Part shown: positions 27,948 through 39,678 of the stretch, piece after piece
Position numbering within the stretch: position 1 is the first letter of the stretch
Layout of the letters: every line of letters begins with the position of its first letter
Origin: a virus
DNA length: 64,000 nt
Virus record (IMG/VR): IMGVR_UViG_3300046524_000141
Coordinates: 3,988 to 67,987 of that record
Reading direction: 5' to 3' (one strand)
Notes under the pieces: model-generated
What the model saw: only the letters and a program-made list of their open reading frames with translations
Told to the model about the DNA's origin: nothing
Database searches by the model: none
Position numbers and translations under genes: made by a program

Positions 27948-28141
27948 ATCGGGTTCCTTGGTAGTTCCATCCAGTGCGTGGGCTGCTCCGGCGAGGGATC
28001 GACCTCACTCAGAAGTTCGTCGGCCCAAACCCATAGCGCCCACTGGTTACCTTGCGACCAGATCATCCGGGCTTGCTCTCCGTTGAATGCCCATATTTCG
28101 CGATCAGTCGGCGCGGTCGAAATCGGTTGCCACTCAGCCAT
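27944..28141 (-). CDS. DUF551-like protein
   Basis: WQPISTAP...PTHWMELP motif. Confidence 0.75.
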   Translation of the reverse strand: MAEWQPISTAPTDREIWAFNGEQARMIWSQGNQWALWVWADELLSEVDPSPEQPTHWMELPRNPI

Positions 28142-31100
28142 TCGCCTTCTCCTTCGCGGCGTCGCACGCCTCCAGCGCGGCGATAATCTTCGGATGCATC
28201 TCGATCGTACGGGCATCCGGGTCCAGCAACTCATTTTGCGGATCGAGCACAACCGCCATGCCGAACACGACGCGGAACAGGCTGGTGTGCCGAGTCGCAT
28301 CGAGCAACATGCCGACGACCCTCTGACACTGCTCGGCGTCGTCCCGGTCGAAAAACTCGAGTTCCTCGCTGTCGTCGTCAGACGGCATGTAGCGCTTGTC
28401 GAGTTCGTCGAGGATTCGACACACCTTGAGTGCAGCTTCGATATCCGCTTCGGATGCGCGGGCCATTTTCATGATTGATTCTCCTTTGCTGCCTGCTCGA
28501 TGGCGCGGGCGATAAGCCACATGCGCTGAGTCTCGTTTGAGAGATAAACGCCGTTTGTGGATGACAGGTCTGCTCCGAGTTTTCTGGCGGCTCTCTCGAA
28601 TGATTCGCGCAGATCATCCGTCAGTGCCTCACGCGGTGCGCACTCCGCTCTCAGTGGCGAACCCACCAAGCCTTCGCGCTTCAAGTAGTCCAGTGCCTTT
28701 TCGCTCAGATCATTGTCTGGCACGGCTTTGCGCAGTGCCCGGGCGAGTCGGGTAACAAGCGCGCTCAAATCGTCCACGCGCGGTGCGCACTCGGCTTGCG
28801 GAGCGATGTAGAGCCGATACTTGCCCTCCGGCAGATCGGCGGATTTTGACCACGCAACAAGCTTCACGTCCTTCTTGCGCACAATCATTTCGCCAACCGC
28901 CTCACCCTTCCCGCCATCGGCTTGCGCATCGCTCGATGCAGTGTCGGCGATGTTCTTCATTGCCTGAATTAGCACCTTGTTTCCCGATACGTTCTCGTCG
29001 ATCCATTGATCGCGCGATTGCGCAGCGCTCGATCCGAGAGCGGCGCGGTATGCGTTCATCAAAGCGCTTCTAGCATTGGCGCGCTCATCAAGGCCGCCAT
29101 CAAGTTGGGCGCATTGGTAGTCGTCGATCAGTTCGCCAAAGGCGGCAGTGTCAATAGGCTCACTCATGCCGCCACCCCATCAAATGCATAATCCTCGTGG
29201 TCGACCAGGTATTGCACGGCTTCGAGGTCGAGTTGCGTTGGTATGTATCCGGGTCGCGCTTTGATAAACCCGCCATTCCATCGGAAGTGGCCGGCGATCC
29301 ACGAGAGGGCGGTTTCGGTGGTCCATGTCTGGGTCATTGGGGTTCCTGTTGTTTGGCTAGGGCGGCGAGCGCATGCCGAGCCCGATTCTTCGCCCACGGC
29401 TCGAACTCGGTCGGGTCGTCCCATGCGACGGTGTCTGCGTTGGCGATGTTCTTCAACTCCTGCCGCAGCATTTCGAGCTGGGCTTTCAATCCATCGATTG
29501 ACTCAAGGATTGGCTCGGCCCCGCCAGACTCATCGGGATCGATACCAAGCGCTTCGTCTATCAGACCGAGTGCCGAGCATGCCTCCAAGAACATGCGGTT
29601 CGTGCTCGCACGCTCCTTATCTAACTCGGCGATGCGGGCGCTCGCTGCTTCGAGGGCGTCGGCGCGCACGTAGGCGATGTCCGTTCCGTGGATGTTGTCG
29701 GCGCGCCACGTCACCTCTTGCAATGCACTGAAGTCGACTTCACCCGGGTCGAAGTCGTCGCCGATCTGGAGATAGATGCGATCGGGCGCGTTGATCACTT
29801 TCATGTCGTCGGTCATTTGGTATCTCCTTCCAAAAGAGCGCGGATAGCCTTGGCAGCATCGGCGCGAGCCTTCGCGTAGCCGCGGTCAAAGTCAGTCGTT
29901 ACCGGGTATTGAGAGTGGATTACGGCGGTTATTCCGGCCTCACTGAGCGCAGCGCGGCGGGATGCCTGGTCGACGTGCAAAACGATCTCAACGCTTAGGT
30001 GATCGCCCCACATCGTTCCTTCGGGCAATAGCGAGCATGCGCGCTCAAACTCTTCGGGCGTGAATCTGAGGTCAGGCATGATCACCTCCGCTTGCTGGTT
30101 GCGCGGCGGTCAGGAGGGAAAGTGCTTCATCAACCTTCATGGGCACTTGCAACGCCGGGTCACACTTGATGGTGGGCATCGCGATATATCCGAGTTCGAT
30201 GCCATTACGGAGAAAGACGCGCACATGCTCAAGCGTTTCACGTGCGACCGTCAGTGCCCGCTCCGTCTGTGCTGCTCTAGCCCGTTCCGGAACAGTGTGG
30301 TCGCAGCCTTCGACACCTTTGCAGATTGGACACGGCAGATACGGTGACGTCTGTGCTGGCTGCGTCGCCGTGGCTTGCGCCTCGACCAGATTGGATAGTT
30401 GCTTGGTCGCGGCAATCGCTTGAACCACTGACACGGCTGCATCCTGAAGCGTGGCTTGCGGGGACGCGGCGCGAACTTGGCCCTTCCCCTGGCAAATCTC
30501 GCAAGTTACAGACCAGTCAAAGGGCCACTTCCCCCGGTAATAACCAAGACCGCAACATTGCGTGCATTTCGTTTTCGCCGCCCGCTCATCGTCCAGCACC
30601 ACGGCAGAGGGTGCGGCGACCGGGTGATAGCGCGGGCTCGCGAGCATCTTGCCAAGCCACGCCTGAACCGATTCCTCGCGGATCACTTCGTTTTCGCAGT
30701 TGTCGATCAGATAGCACGCGAAGTACTGCGCACCGTCCGATAGCGTCTGTGACACGGGCTGGGATGGTTGCGGGGCGGCGTATCCGAGCAACGCGTCTTG
30801 CATTGCCAGTCCGAACTGCGTGAACTCATACACGCTGCCACGCGTCTTTCGGATCAGGCCCGTGTCCGCGAGCGATTCCATACGGTCTTTCGGAATGTCG
30901 TAGCCTTCGCCATCCTCCAGGAGCGAGTACAGGCGCTGGAAGTCGGCCGTGTGCTGCTCCGTGACGAACGGCGGGATCACCGGCTCCCCCGATTTCGCTG
31001 GCGCGGCGGGGTGAAGATAGACGGGGATGGTGAACGTGCCCTGCGGTTTGATACGCGATCCGCCCCATTGCTTCGGATCGGTCGACAGGTGCGCGACCGG

Positions 31101-31462
31101 CTCCTGTTGCGCGGCAGGTTTGCTTGCAGATAGCAGGGCGCGGGCGAACTCTCTGTAACGGGAAGGTCCGAAGTTGAAACGATCAGCGCCAAAATATTGT
31201 GGCACCAGTGCATCTATCTGTTCGTCTGTCATCATCGCTCCGTCGACCTTGTTAGTGGGGGCGGTCATGGGTAGCCTCAGAATGGGTTGAAGTGGACGGC
31301 TGCCGCGAAGATCGCGAGTGAGCAAAGCTGCGCCGGAAGCATCCACCAGCGTCGTCCCTCAGGGAACATGCGCACGATTGCGCGCAATCCGACGAGTTCG
31401 AACACGATGTAGATGGAAAGCAGCAACCCCAGAAACCAGCCAATAGGTATCAGTGCATTCAT
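28134..31462 (-). CDS. Cluster of mosaic early-left hypothetical proteins (28134-28472, 28469-29167, 29164-29337, 29334-29816, 29813-30079, 30072-31268, 31277-31462)
   Basis: Overlapping stop/start codons and RBSs; EPVA...LY..P modules typical of lambdoid ea/ead genes. Confidence 0.65.
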
Positions 31463-31638
31463 GTCAATATCGAAAAAGAGCCGCACATACTGGCCGGCTT
31501 AATCACACGCAACTTTCGAAGGGCGCCTGGAATGTGCGCCTTCAAGAGTGTTGCTCTGGGGGCGCACCACTACGCCGCTTGTGCGGGAGATTCGCGCCCG
31601 TAGGCTTCATCCTGCTGCGGCGAGTGGTGCGTGGTCGG

Positions 31639-32073
31639 TCAGAACGGCACGTCATCCGCCATGTCTTCGAATCCGCCGCCAGCGGGAGCCGGGGCCGGCG
31701 CCGGGCGTTGCTGCTGACGAGGTGCGGGTGTCGGTGCGGGCGCGGGCTTCTTCTCGCCACCGCCAGCCAGGTCAATCGCTGTGATACGCGCGGCCAGCTT
31801 CACGCCCTCGGTGCCGTCCGCCTTCTTGAACGTCTCGATGTGCGCGTCTTCGCATGTGACGGCGACCAGCGTTCCTTTGGTCAAGTACGGAGCGAGCGCT
31901 TCCGCCCGCTTACCCCACAATGCCGCATCGACCCAGGTTGTCGGCTTCTTGCCATCCGCATCCTTGCGCCCGTAGCTGAAGGCCAGCGAGACGCTTGCGA
32001 CGGCATCGCCGCCAGTCGTATTGCGCACTTCCACATCACGGCCAACTCGGGCCAGTCCGAAAATTTGAATCAT
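31639..32073 (-). CDS. ssb: Single-stranded DNA-binding protein
   Basis: OB-fold pattern, LWGKRAE...YL.KG and DDVPF acidic tail. Confidence 0.92.
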   Translation of the reverse strand: MIQIFGLARVGRDVEVRNTTGGDAVASVSLAFSYGRKDADGKKPTTWVDAALWGKRAEALAPYLTKGTLVAVTCEDAHIETFKKADGTEGVKLAARITAIDLAGGGEKKPAPAPTPAPRQQQRPAPAPAPAGGGFEDMADDVPF

Positions 32074-32096
32074 GATTCGCTCTTGTGTAAGGTGAA

Positions 32097-32744
32097 TTAG
32101 GCGGCCATCGCCGCGATTTGCTTGTGGGTGGCGTCGACTTCAAAGAGAAACTGGCGAAGCTCGGCCTCGTACTCTTTGATCAGCGCTTCGTCGCGCTCCC
32201 AGCGGAACACGAACAACTGAAGCTTTTCCGGCATTTCGGGATCGAAACTGACGAAGTCGACGAACTCGGCGCCAGTCACAAGCATGTTGTGCAGAACCTG
32301 CTTAACGTAGGTCGGGGGAACGCGCTGTTCGGTCAGGTACTTGAAATGCGTCTTCGTCTTGGGGCACTTCGCTTCCCAGATGCCAAACTTACCGGCGTCT
32401 TCGAGAAAGCCGTCGACGGAGCAGCCGGCCATCATGTCTTCGCGATAGACGAACGGGCTTTCCTGAACCGTGATGCCCGTTGTGATCTCGTACCGCATGC
32501 GGGCGAATGGTTCGCGCTCCTGGCCGCGCTCCGTATCTGCGGTAGAGAATTCATCGCCGCACGGTTTGCACAGAAGGCGCTCAAGCGCGAGTTGGACGCG
32601 GTAGTCGGCTCGCGTAGCGGCCTCGCCGGATTTGACCTTAGCAGTCACGCAGTCAGCCTTTGAGCCGGTCGCACGGCCACTTCGATCCGCCATCCATTCC
32701 GGTGTATTTTGTGGGTGCTCTGACGTTGCGAAGATACGCTTCAT
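32097..32744 (-). CDS. Lambda-exonuclease/YqaJ family nuclease
   Basis: QNTPEW...R.G..T.S, SVDG, EAKCP and FVSFDP motifs. Confidence 0.9.
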   Translation of the reverse strand: MKRIFATSEHPQNTPEWMADRSGRATGSKADCVTAKVKSGEAATRADYRVQLALERLLCKPCGDEFSTADTERGQEREPFARMRYEITTGITVQESPFVYREDMMAGCSVDGFLEDAGKFGIWEAKCPKTKTHFKYLTEQRVPPTYVKQVLHNMLVTGAEFVDFVSFDPEMPEKLQLFVFRWERDEALIKEYEAELRQFLFEVDATHKQIAAMAA

Positions 32745-33535
32745 TGCGCGCTCCTTTCGAGTTCAGTTTTCTTCTTGTCGGCCATCGTCTTGAACTGATT
32801 CCAGCTTTTGACGTCACCGACGGTTTCAAACGCGGAACCTGCCAACGCCCGGACCTTGCGAACATCGTCGACGGTCTCGGCCGCCAGCAACTGGCTTTCC
32901 CATTTCATCCAGAGTTCGTCGGTGTTGACCTTGGTGAACGAAGCATTACCGTCCGTGTCGTCGTTCTGCTCCGAAAGTCCGGTGATCGCCTTCAGCGTGT
33001 AGCGCTCGAGATACGTCTTCGTGCTGGCGCGCGCCTGAATGGCGTTCTTTGCCCCGCCAGCATCGGGCGGCCCGCCCATCGAAACACTTTCCTCGTGACC
33101 GTTGACGTGGCGCAGATAGCATGTCACCTGCATCCAGTCCTTCTCGTCCATCGTCAGCTTCCACGACGACGAAAGACCATGCTTCGAGAGCGCTGGCGTC
33201 ACCGCGTTTACCACGTCATGCAACTCGGCGTAGCTCTTGTTCTTCAGCGGACCATCCGTTACCTTGCGGCCCCTGATGATCGTCACGGCCTCAGCCTTGA
33301 ACGCAGAGAACGCCGCATCGAATGCTCGCTTCGCCTCCTTCGCCTCCCATCGCTCCTGGAGCGCCATTAATTTTTCGAGTCGGTCTAGGTCGGCGCCACT
33401 CTCAACAGCGATACGCAACAGATCGGCAGGGGTGGCGCTGACAACTGCGCGTTGCTGCTGCACGGCGGGCGGCTTTGCTATGGCGGCCGGCGCTACGTCA
33501 ATATCAGTAATGTCGGCCATGGTTGCGATTGTCAT
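32741..33535 (-). CDS. ERF family ssDNA annealing protein
   Basis: YAEL.DV...V.P.L.KHGL, H..GH.E and STKTY.ERYTL...GL...DTDG motifs. Confidence 0.9.
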   Translation of the reverse strand: MTIATMADITDIDVAPAAIAKPPAVQQQRAVVSATPADLLRIAVESGADLDRLEKLMALQERWEAKEAKRAFDAAFSAFKAEAVTIIRGRKVTDGPLKNKSYAELHDVVNAVTPALSKHGLSSSWKLTMDEKDWMQVTCYLRHVNGHEESVSMGGPPDAGGAKNAIQARASTKTYLERYTLKAITGLSEQNDDTDGNASFTKVNTDELWMKWESQLLAAETVDDVRKVRALAGSAFETVGDVKSWNQFKTMADKKKTELERSAQ

Positions 33536-34836
33536 GCGGCTTTCTCCAAGTGATTTGCGGCGACGTTCTCGGCAGCCAATTGCTCATCGGCTGCGGTGTA
33601 GTCGAATTTCTTCATCCAGCCCATAACGTCGCCAACGGTGACGTCGTAGTGAGCGGCCAGGGTCTTCACAATCTCGACGTCGCCCGGCCCGTTCTTCTCG
33701 AACTGAACACGCTCCCGGCGCAGACGTTCAGCCTCGGCGGCTTGACGCCGTTCCTCCTGGCGTCGCGCTTCGGCCGCCAATTTGCGCAACGCATCGATGG
33801 CCGCGTTCTCTTCCAGCGCTTCGGCGTGGTCAGATTCGAACTTTGCTGCGGCTGCGGCTGCTTCCTCGCGTTCTCGCTGTTCGCGAGCCAGCTTCTCGGT
33901 TGCCTCACGCAACTCGCGCTGCTTTGCGGCCATCTCGTCTTGCTGTCGCTTGAACTCTGCACGCTCAGCGGCCTTGCGTGCCTCATGCTCGGCTTGCTGC
34001 TGGCGCATTGCTGCGGCGGCCCTTTCCTGCGCCTCCTGCCGCGCCGCTTCTTCTGCCTTGCGAATGGCGCTCAGGCGGCCTTCTTCGGCAATGCGAGCCT
34101 CGCGGTCTGCCTTCTCTTGTGCTGCCCGTGCTGCAGCGGCTTGACGTTCCTGCTCGGCCAGCTCGGCACGCTGACGCTCAAGCGCCTCACGATCCGCAGC
34201 CAGGCGCGCCTGCTCGGCTTCGTGTGCCCGCTGCGCCGAAAGCATTTCGCCCAGCTTTGCCAGCGCCGCGACCTTGGCGACTTCTGCCTCACCGCTGAAT
34301 TCCATGTAGGCTTCCAGTGTGATCGAATCCGCCTCAAGTACTTCAATCGATGCCTTGATGGTTTCCGAGTCCGCACCGACCAAAACAACCAGAACGGCTT
34401 GAAAATCAGCGATGCGTTTCCGGATTGCCGTGATGCGCGCAGACTCAGCGACTGCCTTGGCAATCTTCTCAGCGTCCTTTCGATCCTCTTCGGCCTTGAT
34501 TTCCTCATCGAACATCGTTTCCAGCGGCAGAAGGTTCGATTCGATCTCGCCCTGGCGGCTATCAAGAAGCTTTCCGATTTCGAGAATCGGCGCCTTGCGG
34601 AGTTTCCGCGCTTTCTCGCTCGCTACCCGGATATCCCGAAACACGGCTCGATGCTTGATTGCCGTAGCCATGCCCGCCGTGGTTTTGATGTCGTATGCAA
34701 CTTCGCGGACAGCGTCGACCGCATCCGCGTACTGCTTGGCGAACGGCTCAAACACGACCTCGACGTACTTCGCCGGCTCGATGGTGATCAGTTGTTGAGG
34801 CTGCTCGGCAACCGTCAGTTCTTTGGACGCAGTCAC
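33532..34836 (-). CDS. Coiled-coil recombination-module protein
   Basis: 434 aa E/A/R-rich; EKARK..KAP...GK.LD motif; upstream of ERF. Confidence 0.7.
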   Translation of the reverse strand: MTASKELTVAEQPQQLITIEPAKYVEVVFEPFAKQYADAVDAVREVAYDIKTTAGMATAIKHRAVFRDIRVASEKARKLRKAPILEIGKLLDSRQGEIESNLLPLETMFDEEIKAEEDRKDAEKIAKAVAESARITAIRKRIADFQAVLVVLVGADSETIKASIEVLEADSITLEAYMEFSGEAEVAKVAALAKLGEMLSAQRAHEAEQARLAADREALERQRAELAEQERQAAAARAAQEKADREARIAEEGRLSAIRKAEEAARQEAQERAAAAMRQQQAEHEARKAAERAEFKRQQDEMAAKQRELREATEKLAREQREREEAAAAAAKFESDHAEALEENAAIDALRKLAAEARRQEERRQAAEAERLRRERVQFEKNGPGDVEIVKTLAAHYDVTVGDVMGWMKKFDYTAADEQLAAENVAANHLEKAA

Positions 34837-37800
34837 GCGGCCTCCTTTTGTCTTGGTGCGCCCCTGTACTGAGGCTGGGTTAGATGCGACGGCGGCTCGA
34901 TCACGTTGGCGATCAGGACTTTCCAGTGTTCCGCGGTGTTCCGCACCACTGGTCCGGCGTCGTTATCGATCTGGCCGCGCTCCGGGGCTTCGCCAAGTGG
35001 ATCAACGACCGAGCACGGCACTGCAATCGTGCTGTGCCCATTGTTGTAATAACCCTGGTCAGCCATAACGCAGTCCTCGGAGTACTTACCCGACCATGAA
35101 AGCGGGTATGCATATCCGGCGTCGTCTGGCCGCCAGAACGTGATGTACTTGTCGCCGCGCTTGGTCCACTTCAGGCTGACGATGTAGAACTCTTTCATAG
35201 CTCGTCTCCGCATTCGCTGCAGCAATCCCGCATCTCGCGGTGAATTCCCTTGCTCCCTTGGAACTCGTATCGTCCGATGCCGAAGTCGCGCTGAATCACG
35301 ACAGCATCGGCACCGCAGTGATGGCAGACGATTTGAATGCGGTCGTCGTCCAGATCCATGTAGTCGGGCTCTCTCATCACGCCACCTTTGCTCTAACAAA
35401 CGAGCGGGCCACGTTTGCGGGGATATGCGCCAACCCAATCGCCATCGGCCTCAGCCCCCGCCGCGCATTCCGCTCCTTCTTCTCCGCCAGTTGCGCGTCG
35501 TTCATCGCTGCCAAATGGCGCAGTTGCGCTTCCATCTTTTCAGCTTGGGTGAGGCGCGCGGTTGTGATGACCGTTCGAAGGTCGACTCCGATAAGGTTCA
35601 TCTCAGCCTCCCGTATGTGCTTTAACCAGCGCCCAGACAATGGCAACAACAACGCCGCCAAGGCCCGCGCCAGCAGTGATTTCGTAGATGTAGCTAGACG
35701 CCACGCGTTGGGCGTTCTCGGCGGCGAGGCGGCGTAAGGCTTCGTCGGAAAGCGTCACGACGGCGTCGTCGGTCCGGAAGTAGGTCAGCATGGTTGGTTC
35801 CCGGTGGCTTTGGCCATAGCCGCTATGGCGCGATCCACAGCCTTCATTGCCGCATTTGTGTGCCAATGTGAGGGACCAGGAACCCGGCCGATCAAATCCC
35901 GCGGCGCTTCGAGTAGCGTCGGCGCGGCGGCGATCAGGCGGGCGTTCGCCTCACTAAGGCAGTGAATCTGCCCGGTCAGAATTCTTTCTCCTGATGGGCC
36001 TACGAGCCAAGGTGCGTGCTGCTCCGTGTCGTAGCCTTCTTGCCAAACCTCATCGTCATCCCACTGCCACGGTCCGCTTGTGTGCTTGATCTCGCTCATG
36101 CTTCCCTCGCTTTGAGCATTGCGTCGGCCATGCGATAGCAATGGTCCGCAAATCGGGCATATAGATCAGGATGGTCACAAACCACCAATCCATGATTCCA
36201 ATCCGCCAGCATCTTCGCCGCAAAGTAGTCGCGTAGCGTCATGCCGAATTCGGGCGCGAACTGCCCCGGCTCGCCTGCAATCGGGAATGCGTTACCACCG
36301 TCTTTGATATCGCTCATCGCAACGCCTTGAAAACTTGATCGAACGTGGCATTGACTCCGCCGAAAAGTTCGGTGTCGCAGAATTCGGAGTACTCGCGCTC
36401 CCATTCTTCGTGCGTGAGCGGGGCGGGAGATCCTTCGAAACTTGCATCCAGGTCGCGGTTGCGGAAGTCGTCGCCAATGGTTTGGTCTACAGTAAGCATG
36501 AAGTACTCCTATTTGTTATGTGGAGAACCCTGGCGGATTACAGCGTCTTAAACTGGAATTCGTCAGGGTGTCGGGCATCCCACCCGACTGGGCCTTGCTA
36601 GAGCCAGGCTGGCTTAGTGGGAATCAGTCGGTCTTCCGCTCAAACCTGTCGCACGAGGCCATCTTCTGAACGGCAAACCCGCCGAGATCGCAACGGATGT
36701 TCTTTTCTTCTGTGATCACGTAATTGCCTGACGCCCATGCCGGACGGCGATCCTTAAATTCCGACGAAAAGTGCTTGCAGTGCTGGCAACTCATCGACTG
36801 CTTGCGGTAGCCCTGCGCATCCTTGTTTTCGCTCTGCTTGCTCATCGCTCAAAATCTCCTGTCCATTCATCAAGCGGCCCCAGCAACGTCTCGCGGAACC
36901 ACAGCCATGCGGCCCCATCCTTCGCCGCCAACTCGGCCAACTGCTCGTCAATCGATGCGCGGGTCATTTCGACCCATTCGTCCAACGCTGTATTCGGTTT
37001 CATGTGAACTCCTATGTCCACCAGCCAAACCAAACCCCGATCCCGCGGAAAATTCCAACTGGGAACACGAACACGCCGACCAGCAGCAGCACGTAAAGCT
37101 GGTGGATGAGGCAGTCGACAATGTGTGTCAGCCAGCCGGCCAGAGAAATCAGGAACACGATCATGGCGACCATTCCGAACGATGCTTCACCTCGTTGCTT
37201 CTTCATGCCCGCCTCCATTCCGTTTCCCACTTCCGCGAATCCTGGCGGCGCTCGTCGGCGCCGTGGATGAAGGCCACCGCCAGAAGGGATACAGCGGACC
37301 AGGCGATGATCCCGGCCCATACGTAGTGAATGTTGATGGTCATTTCGGTTGCTCCGTGAGGCCGCGCCATTTATCCCTGCGTTCCATGCTTGCCGTGTCG
37401 CCGTCATCGCAAATTCCAACCGGTTCGCAATACTGCCAACCGGTGCCGGTCCACTTAAGACGGTGATAAGGATCGATATCGTTATCGCCGATGAAACATG
37501 GTCGGTAGACTTCGTAGATTCCGGGGCGGGCTGGGCGGATGGCGGCCATGTACCATTCGGTCTTTTTCATATCAGCACCATGTAATTGAATCAATCAGAA
37601 CGAACTGCGAATCCAGCACCCTGCCCGTCCGCGTTACCCGGTCGATCCGGTAGACGAAGCCAAGGTGCTGTAACTTCTCTATTGCTACCGTCATGAGGCG
37701 GTGTACTGCGCGTTGGGCGGGCATGGTGGCTCCTTAGAACACGCTCTCGTATTCCTGCTCGCGCGCTTCGAGATACGCTTCGTGGGTTGCTTTGCTCATC

Positions 37801-38336
37801 TGGCCCATGATCGGCGCGCTACGCAGTGCTCCATCGTTACCGTGAGTCCAATCCATGTAGCAGCGCTTGGCCCGTTCCTGCTCTTTGGCGCCGATGTGCG
37901 GTGTGTACTTGCTGCGGTACTCGACCGGCTGGACTTGAATCCGCTTGAACTCGACGTTAAGCGCCAGATTCTTGCGACCGGCCAGGATCACGGCCCGCGT
38001 GCGTTGGTTGTGTTTCTTGCTCACTTGAATCTCCTGCTCGTCAAATCGAGTGGTGACGGGTTTATGTGCGATGGGGCGTTACGCCGTCTTTTCCTTGGCG
38101 CGTTCCTCGGCAACCACTTGCAGCGTTGCAACAACGGCATCCGAGACGGTTTGGATAATCCAGTCTGAGCGATAGAACGTTATGCCGTCCTTGTAGAAGC
38201 AAGGCACGATTGGCTTCGCCACGATTCGATACTCGTCACTGGCGAGGCATTCAAAAACATCGCTTCGGTACGAACCGTCTTTGCCGGCCGCATGAGTGAC
38301 GCCAAAGAAATCACCCGCTTTCGGAAACTGTTCCAT
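34833..38336 (-). CDS. Cluster of small early-left hypothetical proteins (34833-35198, 35195-35377, 35377-35601, 35603-35791, 35785-36099, 36096-36317, 36314-36499, 36624-36845, 36842-37003, 37012-37206, 37203-37343, 37340-37570, 37734-38024, 38079-38336)
   Basis: Co-oriented and mostly translationally coupled. Includes common phage motifs KHT.GPW...ANARLIAAAP and GMTLRDYFAA. Confidence 0.65.
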
Positions 38337-38455
38337 GTTTTCTCCTTGTGCGCCGCAGCGCATAGTTGTACTAACAGGCGTATCTACGCCAACTCTCTGA
38401 TCCCGCTTATGGCTACCGACTCGCTAGAATCGGCAACTGTAAGAGAGATCGTTTT

Positions 38456-38576
38456 GGGTGCTTGAGGGATGGGGCTGGCACCGATCTCCAGCTTGTTGCT
38501 CGTGCCGAGTGGGAGCAACCCCTTGTGTCGGCTTTCAGTGCGCCTCGGTCGACGCATTCCCATCCCCTAAACATCC
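38456..38576 (-). ncRNA. Structured RNA with kissing-loop potential, same architecture as the 22726 RNA
   Basis: GGGATGGG-AA-TGCGTC(GACCGA)GGCGCA...GCTGG(AGATCGGTG)CCAGC-CCCATCCC; loops ACCGA/TCGGT are complementary; long outer stem. Confidence 0.65.
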
Positions 38577-38581
38577 AGCGT

Positions 38582-38761
38582 TGCAACTCTCATGGAATCG
38601 GGCCGGCGGTTTTCATCTGATCCGGCTTGGGGCGTGGCACTAATTCCCCGCTTGTACGGCTACGCCGCGCATACCACCTATCACCTACCGGCGCGACGCG
38701 CTTTCGGTTGCGATCCTGCGCGCCATCACCACTGGCGCATTCCGATTCCATCAAAACTGCA
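38582..38761 (-). ncRNA. Second structured RNA of the same architecture
   Basis: ATGGAATCGG-AAT-GCGCCA(GTGGTGA)TGGCGC...GCCGG(loop)CCGGC-CCGATTCCAT with an extended outer stem. Confidence 0.6.
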
Positions 38762-38984
38762 TGCAGACCGACCGTGCATCTTTGGCCGGTCTGGCGGTAT
38801 TGCTTACATGCGGTTCCAGTCTGTTTTCCCTTCCCCGCATGCCTTCCGCCTCAATCACCCGAATCCCGTTCCGGTGACCGCTGCGGGCGCTCCGCTTTTT
38901 ACTCGAGCGGTTGCTGTGTTCCGAGTCCCTTTCGGGAAATGGTTGGCTTAACTACGCCTGTGCGCACCATGGGCGCGACATACT

Positions 38985-39002
38985 CTAAATTGTTCATGAA
39001 CG
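38985..39002 (-). promoter_or_regulatory. boxA-like antitermination element
   Basis: CGTTCATGAACAATTTAG resembles boxA (GCTCTTTAACAA) and lies in the pL leader. Confidence 0.4.
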
Positions 39003-39199
39003 TTTGCCCTACCAGGCGACGCCATGCGCCTGTGTTCCTCTACTGCGGTATTCGGAGCCGCTTACGGCGGCAAGTCGGCGACTACCACGTCAGGTCGCTT
39101 CTGGCAGGTTCTGCACGATCAAACCCAAGACGTCGAAAACAACCTGCAAGTGACATAGCCCGGCAAGAGCACTCATTGAACGCGCTTGCCGTGCCAGTC

Positions 39200-39633
39200 T
39201 CATTCTTCGTAATCCCCATTCCAGCGGGCGACAGCGGTGTCGTATTCTTCGTCGCTCATGTCCGTCGCATCCTGCCAGCCACACGCGATCATCTGCGGTA
39301 CTTCGGCGGGGTGGAACCAGTTGCTCTTGAGCCTCGTTCGTTCCACCAGAACCAGAAGCCGGAAACCTTGCTCTTCCAGGGTCATGGTCGATCTCACGCA
39401 ACAACGCGAATGCCATGCGTCAAAGGATGCGAGTGCGCACCACTTCCTAGGGCGACGCGCAGACGCCGAACGTTCGGGACGTTGCGGCGCTCTTGATTCC
39501 ACTGGTCGCGGTGGATCGGCATCGGGCCAACTGCGATTCCACTGTTGACCTTGCCGCTCTTCAGTGTCCACTCGACGCGGGTTCCGGCTTTCGGCATCGC
39601 GCGGTACGCTTTACGACGTTGGCTTGAGTTCAT
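39200..39633 (-). CDS. First two pL genes, hypothetical (39394-39633, 39200-39385)
   Basis: GGAG RBS; directly downstream of pL; the first is Arg-rich. Confidence 0.55.
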
Positions 39634-39678
39634 GCTCGCTCCCGGTGGTTGGTGATGCGTGTTTGCTGCGATGTGTGA

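Noticed and set aside
33523-34872. Long antisense ORFs (also 43632-44969, 41927-42817, 12482-13360)
   Set aside because: Shadow frames of real high-GC genes, with no motifs or translational coupling.
36520-36600. CTGACGA on the minus strand suggesting a hammerhead ribozyme
   Set aside because: No matching GAAA core or three-stem arrangement; it sits in a simple imperfect hairpin.
38627-39496. 289-aa plus-strand ORF over the pL leader
   Set aside because: Antisense to the operon, no RBS or recognisable motif; better explained as GC-rich structured RNA.
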